Notes under the pieces: model-generated
What the model saw: the letters and a program-made list of their open reading frames with translations, nothing else
Database searches by the model: none
What the model was told of the DNA's origin: nothing
Part shown: positions 49,220 through 53,560 of the stretch, piece by piece
Position numbering within the stretch: position 1 is the stretch's first letter
Layout: every line of letters begins with the position of its first letter
Position numbers and translations under genes: made by a program
DNA from: Promethearchaeota archaeon
Lineage (GTDB): Archaea > Asgardarchaeota > Lokiarchaeia > Sigyniarchaeales > SOKP01
Length of the DNA: 53,560 nt
Assembly (NCBI GenBank): GCA_030599585.1
Contig: JAUVNS010000023.1
Coordinates: 1 to 53,560, forward strand
Direction of reading: 5' to 3'

Positions 49220-49348
49220 TTCTCTTTCTCCTTGTTTTTTTAATTTTTTTTTAGCTTTATTATGAGCGAGTCAAAATTAAATATAGTTTCTAGGTGCTTC
49301 ATTTACAAATAATATCTTATCTAATGGGATTATTAAGGAACAGCTATC

Positions 49349-49364
49349 TTTTTTTCTTTAAATA
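49349..49364 (+). promoter_or_regulatory. Pyrimidine-BRE class promoter of radA
   Basis: TTTTTTTCTTTAAATA. Confidence 0.6.
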
Positions 49365-49423
49365 AAACCGATGGTATACTGGTTTAATTCAAATTACACA
49401 TAAGAGATGATAGCAAAAAAATT

Positions 49424-50693
49424 ATGTCAGACTTAGACCAGGTAAAATCAATTAACGCTCGACAGATTAAACTGCTCCAAGAAAGCGGAATTAGCACGGC
49501 AGAAGCCCTTGCAATGTCTCCAAACAATATCGTTTCGGAAATCGACGGATTAGGCGATAAAACGGCGAAGAAATTAATTTGGAACGCAAGAAACGCCCTT
49601 GGAATGACGGAGTTCACAACTGCTGACGATATCGACGAGAACACCGAATACATAACCACCGGTTCTTCTGGACTAAACAAGATTTTAGGTGGCGGGTTCC
49701 AAACGGGAAAACTTACCGAGGTATACGGTCCTTTCAAAAGTGGAAAGACGAATTTGGCCCATACCATTGCGGTAACCATCCAACTTCCAAAGAAACAAGG
49801 AGGTTTGAGTTCGGCTGTAGCCTATATTGACACTGAAAACACGTTTGCTAAGGAAAAGATTAAAAGGATCGCAAAACGTTTCGGGCTCGATCCGAAAAAA
49901 GTTCTGTCCCAGATTTTTCACGCCAGAATTTATTCGTCAGACCATCAGATGCAAATGATTCAGAAGGCAGAGACGCTATGCAAAACTCGAAACGTGCGAT
50001 TAATCGTGGTAGACAGTTTAATGGCCCTAATGAGGGCAGAATACGTAGGAATTGGTATGTTAGCTCGTCGTCAAGGCGTTTTAAACAACATGATTCACGG
50101 TCTTTCTCGAATTGCAGAGACTTACAATTGCGGAATTCTTCTAACAAATCAAGTTTCGGTCAAGATGATGGGTATGTTCTCAGGAAACGACGCCATTGGG
50201 GGAAATAGTGATGTGACACTTCGTCAATCGCTTCTAAATCGTAGCCCATGGCTGCCACTTCCGTGTCATGTTTAAGACAAAAGGATTTTCGTCCAATAAC
50301 TCGCTAAAACGGAGAGCGGTAATAGTAGACGCCCCTGACTTACCACCAGAAGAAGCGGAGTTTTATATAACGGCTGTAGGCATTGCCGACACCGAGAAAG
50401 GAGAGGTTCCGGAAGCAAAAGGGTTGGACTTCGAAGTAGAAACGCTGTACGAAGAGGAGCAAGTTGTAGGGGAGGTATCTGTTGAAGAAAGTACCGGTTC
50501 AGGAGAGTATTCCTTAATAGACGTAAAAGGAATAGGAGCCGGAATGGCAAAGAACCTTATTAAAAACGGCGTTGCTTCGGTTGACGCCTTAATTGAATCC
50601 GATCCCGAACAACTTGCCTCCAAGATTAGTGGAATCTCCTCCAAAATGATAAATGATTGGCAAGCAAACGCCATTGCTCTTATAAACGCTTAA
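49424..50693 (+). CDS. radA: RadA/Rad51-family recombinase, join(49424..50206,50238..50693), 412 aa, with extra C-terminal HhH domain
   Basis: HhH N-domain, GPFKSGKT, YIDTENTF, LIVVDSL, LLTNQV. The spliced junction gives AIGGN-IVAHGCHFRVMFKTKG...RRAVIVDAPDLPPEEAEFYITAVGIAD. Confidence 0.92.
50207..50237 (+). other. 31-nt BHB-type (tRNA-endonuclease-type) intron in radA
   Basis: AGTGATGTGACACTTCGTCAATCGCTTCTAA. Central helix GGAA(50201-04):TTCT(50232-35), bulges AT|A(50205-07) and AA|A(50236-38), inner stems GTGAT:ATCGC and TGAC:GTCA. Removal restores the frame and the conserved motif. Confidence 0.88.
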
Positions 50694-50970
50694 ATTTCTT
50701 TTTTTTTTTTTTAATTTTTATTCGAATTTTTCAACAAAATCTTAAATTAGCACTCCAGTTAGCATTTTAGTTAATATATAGGAAAGGCGATACAGGAAAA
50801 TAAACAACTTAAAGAAATTTTTAAAAAAATTGATAATTACATCTAAAATTTTATAAAAGATTTTAAATTCTGTTCTGGTTTTGTTCCGATTTTGTCAAGA
50901 TTTGTAGCCAATTTTTGTGTTTTATTCCGTTTATGCTCTGTTTTGTTTTGTTGTGTTCTGGAATTAACCC

Positions 50971-50984
50971 AAAAAGTTTATATA
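50971..50984 (+). promoter_or_regulatory. Canonical BRE-TATA promoter
   Basis: AAAAAGTTTATATA upstream of 51028. Confidence 0.55.
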
Positions 50985-51027
50985 GCCGATTTCAATTAGT
51001 AACACAATACTAAAAAAATGAATCCTT

Positions 51028-51969
51028 ATGAAAGTGAACAATTTGAGTTTATCAAGTTTTATTAAATTACCAGAAGTTAAGACTAAACTCAGGGAAGAAT
51101 TCGAAAAACCCCCGTTTAGCGAAAAAAGAACAATGTTAGCTCCTGTATTAACTTCGGATACTTCAAGAATTGGAATAGCGTTCGATTACTTGATGAGATT
51201 TTACGCTAATTACGTAAATTCAAATGCAGTGTCTAGCGATTGGGTTGCAGAAAAAGCCCTAGAAAGATTAAACGAAATTAAAGACAATAAAGCCGTAATA
51301 ACAACCCCTAATTTCAAATTAATAACGGTAAGTAACATAGATAAATCACCCGAAGGTTTTATTGAAAACTGGACGAAATTTAAGATCGAGTATTATTCGC
51401 AGGCTAAGATTACAATTAGAAGGGCGAGAAAAAACTTTAAGACTTACCTAAAGACCGGTAAAATGAGCAATACATTGATCGCTTCTGCTTTAGATCTTGC
51501 CACATTAGATTTAATAAATACCGCAAATTATATGAAACCTCTAAACCAAGCGGAACCTGATAAAGACGACGTGGAAGATTTACGGAAACTTATCGCAATT
51601 ATAAATCCAGAGACAATCAAAGCAGAACATACCTGCGTGTTAAGTCCAAGCTTCGGTCCAGAAGCAGAGAAATTAATGAGCGCTGAGGGAGATTTAGTAA
51701 TAGATAACGCTTTAATCGACATTAAAACCTTTGGAAACTTGAAACTAAGAAGAGAAACTTTTAACCAGATAATTGGCTATTATACGTTGTACAGAATTGG
51801 CGGTATTCAGGGGATGTCTGACGACAACAAAATCACCAAAATAGGTGTGTATTTTTCAAGGCACGGATACCTTCACACCTATCAAGTTGAAGACATAATA
51901 AACGAATCAACATACTTAGACTTTATTGAGTGGTTCAAAGAAAGAGCGTTAGAATTCTGTCTACCCTAA
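51028..51969 (+). CDS. PD-(D/E)XK nuclease-superfamily protein
   Basis: IGIAFDY...PSFG...AEGDLVIDNALIDIKT...NQIIGY. Confidence 0.7.
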   Translation: MKVNNLSLSSFIKLPEVKTKLREEFEKPPFSEKRTMLAPVLTSDTSRIGIAFDYLMRFYANYVNSNAVSSDWVAEKALERLNEIKDNKAVITTPNFKLITVSNIDKSPEGFIENWTKFKIEYYSQAKITIRRARKNFKTYLKTGKMSNTLIASALDLATLDLINTANYMKPLNQAEPDKDDVEDLRKLIAIINPETIKAEHTCVLSPSFGPEAEKLMSAEGDLVIDNALIDIKTFGNLKLRRETFNQIIGYYTLYRIGGIQGMSDDNKITKIGVYFSRHGYLHTYQVEDIINESTYLDFIEWFKERALEFCLP

Positions 51970-52039
51970 TTTATTAAAAATAATAATCTGAAATTGAAAA
52001 AAAAAAAGTTAAAAAAAAAAATTAATTATTTAATTATTG

Positions 52040-53020
52040 CTATTTTTCAAAAGCGTTATTCCCTTCAATGACAAAAACAAAATTGGTAAAGTGTAACCCC
52101 GGTGGTGCGACGAATTCTAAGTCAATGAATTGCGAAACACCGTTGTTATAATCTGCACCAAGTACTTCCGTTTTTTTATCGTCGCTTTTTCTCAACAAAG
52201 ACCTTACTTGCCCATCTTCACAATGGATTGCCGATACTAATGGAAGTCTTATCCTTTGGTTGCTGGGTAATATTCCATACAACTCGACTTGATCTATGTC
52301 AGAGATGGTTTTTGGATGCTCGGTTAGTTTGAGATGATATCGATTGTCAATCGCAATTGGCGAATAGATAATTTCGTGTTGATACACAACATCGGTTCCG
52401 TCAGAATCGTGGATGTCTAGTAATCCTTCTTCTTGATATTGTTCCCCGTCAAATACGCTTAAAATAGGACATCCTCCGCCACCACCTGAAGAAGTATATT
52501 TTACACCTAAATAATCAATCCATACTCTAGCATCCTCTTGTGTTTCCCAATTGCCATAGATAGTGAAATGTACATATTCAACATCTACACCATATTCAGT
52601 TTCAAATATATCAGTATGGTAGGCGGGATAAAAGTCGGGATCGGGGTCTAAGATATAGTTGTCACTAGGTGTTGGTCCATAATAAGCTATTTCCATAAAT
52701 AGATAAGATTGGGTACTAATATACCTATATACTACTTTTAATTCACCTGGACCATTTGTATAACTAGGACGAGGGAAGAAATTATATACAATTACATTTA
52801 GACTATCCTCTCCACCTCTCATGTATACAACATCATTGGGCCCAATATTTCTAAAACTGTTTAAATTTCCTGAAATTAGCTCACCTGAAGTTTGATACAT
52901 CTGTTCTGGATATTCATACTCTGTGGCTGCCATAACCGATGGTAAGAAACTGAGAATAATGCAGAACGTTAAAAAACCGCTTAATAGTCCTGTTATTTTT
53001 TTATTCTTAATGCTTATCAC
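52040..53020 (-). CDS. Secreted protein with C-terminal domain starting GGGGCPILSVFDG
   Basis: Signal peptide, beta-rich N-domain, Gly linker followed by CP-x-L-x-x-F-D-G. Confidence 0.7.
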   Translation of the reverse strand: MISIKNKKITGLLSGFLTFCIILSFLPSVMAATEYEYPEQMYQTSGELISGNLNSFRNIGPNDVVYMRGGEDSLNVIVYNFFPRPSYTNGPGELKVVYRYISTQSYLFMEIAYYGPTPSDNYILDPDPDFYPAYHTDIFETEYGVDVEYVHFTIYGNWETQEDARVWIDYLGVKYTSSGGGGGCPILSVFDGEQYQEEGLLDIHDSDGTDVVYQHEIIYSPIAIDNRYHLKLTEHPKTISDIDQVELYGILPSNQRIRLPLVSAIHCEDGQVRSLLRKSDDKKTEVLGADYNNGVSQFIDLEFVAPPGLHFTNFVFVIEGNNAFEK

Positions 53021-53214
53021 CCTTTTTTTATATATTTTATTTTTAAATTTTTGATAAATTTTTGATAAATTTTTTTGCTTATTTAAAACTTACTCCCGTC
53101 CTCCTACAAATTATCCGGTGAAAATTGATCTGTCAAAATTCGCCGTACTTGAGTAACTTCAGATCCTTATATAAATAACAAAATTAGTAAGCAATAATTT
53201 TAGACATTTAATTT

Positions 53215-53406
53215 TTAAATATTTATTTCGTTTTGCTCCTTAATTTTCATGTTCTCTGACTTCCAAACCGTCAAGTATTTTTTGAAAAAATCCTGCGGAA
53301 ACCCAATAGAATTAACAGTTCTCGTATCGTTTGGTCGTTTTACTTTTTTAGCCTTCTTTTTTCTAAAAGTTTTTTCCCAATCAAAATACGATGCTGGTTT
53401 TTCCAT
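53215..53406 (-). CDS. Small basic hypothetical protein
   Basis: MEKPASYFDWEKTFRKKKAKK...; start uncertain (53406 or 53448). Confidence 0.45.
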   Translation of the reverse strand: MEKPASYFDWEKTFRKKKAKKVKRPNDTRTVNSIGFPQDFFKKYLTVWKSENMKIKEQNEINI

Positions 53407-53560
53407 ACAAAACGAAATTAATTTCGAACTATTAAGTGGTAAGACCATTTTAGTTTAGAAATTTTTCCCAATTTACCTTAATTGCGTCAGAGGAAATATT
53501 GTCGAGGTTACGTCGGACAGGTCGGGAATATATTTCTTAACGAAATTCTTAACGCGAAAA

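Noticed and set aside
50207-50275. radA break as a sequencing error, programmed frameshift, intein or plain pseudogene
   Set aside because: A 31-nt non-duplicated, self-complementary insert is not a homopolymer error. A TAA at 50235-50237 blocks the exon-2 frame. It is far too short and out of frame for an intein. Both halves are otherwise intact, and the BHB cuts match the boundaries.
53046-53075. Short tandem repeat (AAATTTTTGAT)x2-3
   Set aside because: Low-complexity AT-rich sequence with no evidence of function.
1270-53458. Many short ORFs antisense to or nested in long genes (e.g. 1270-1494, 8646-8954, 10018-10404, 16315-16650, 45431-45745, 49384-49779, 49978-50208, 50363-50674)
   Set aside because: Shadow ORFs of well-supported genes, with no recognisable motifs.
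1-53560. CRISPR array, tRNA/rRNA, IS or integrase
   Set aside because: No regularly spaced repeats, cloverleaf or rRNA-like segments, and no transposase or recombinase motifs recognised.

Overview
AT-rich archaeal chromosomal segment, most consistent with an Asgard archaeon of the Lokiarchaeia type. This is inferred from TFB, RadA/RadB, Hef and Hel308-like helicases, LRR/TPR/Kelch proteins and two copies of a Loki-type 'FKLN..L..EEF.GHCSNLQVW.EN.Y' domain. No rRNA, tRNA, CRISPR array, integrase or transposase was recognised. The main finding is that radA (49424-50693) is interrupted in its GGN|IVAH motif by a 31-nt frameshifting insertion (50207-50237). The insertion folds into a bulge-helix-bulge (BHB) whose predicted endonuclease cuts fall exactly on the boundaries that restore the frame, so it looks like a tRNA-type intron in an mRNA. 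Second, about 15 genes or operons share a non-canonical promoter, TTTTTC(C)TTTAWATA, with a pyrimidine tract where the purine-rich BRE should be. These genes include radA, radB, hef, the hel308-like helicase, a degenerate VirB4/HerA membrane operon, a membrane-anchored HhH protein, a surface protein and GNAT/ThiF/radical SAM enzymes. A divergent TFB with an altered BRE-recognition helix is encoded among them. Together this suggests, by inference, a dedicated DNA-transfer/recombination programme controlled by an alternative TFB and by splicing. Between these operons lie single, more AT-rich accessory genes (nucleases, LRR-nitrilase, Kelch, membrane proteins), several with canonical BRE-TATA promoters.
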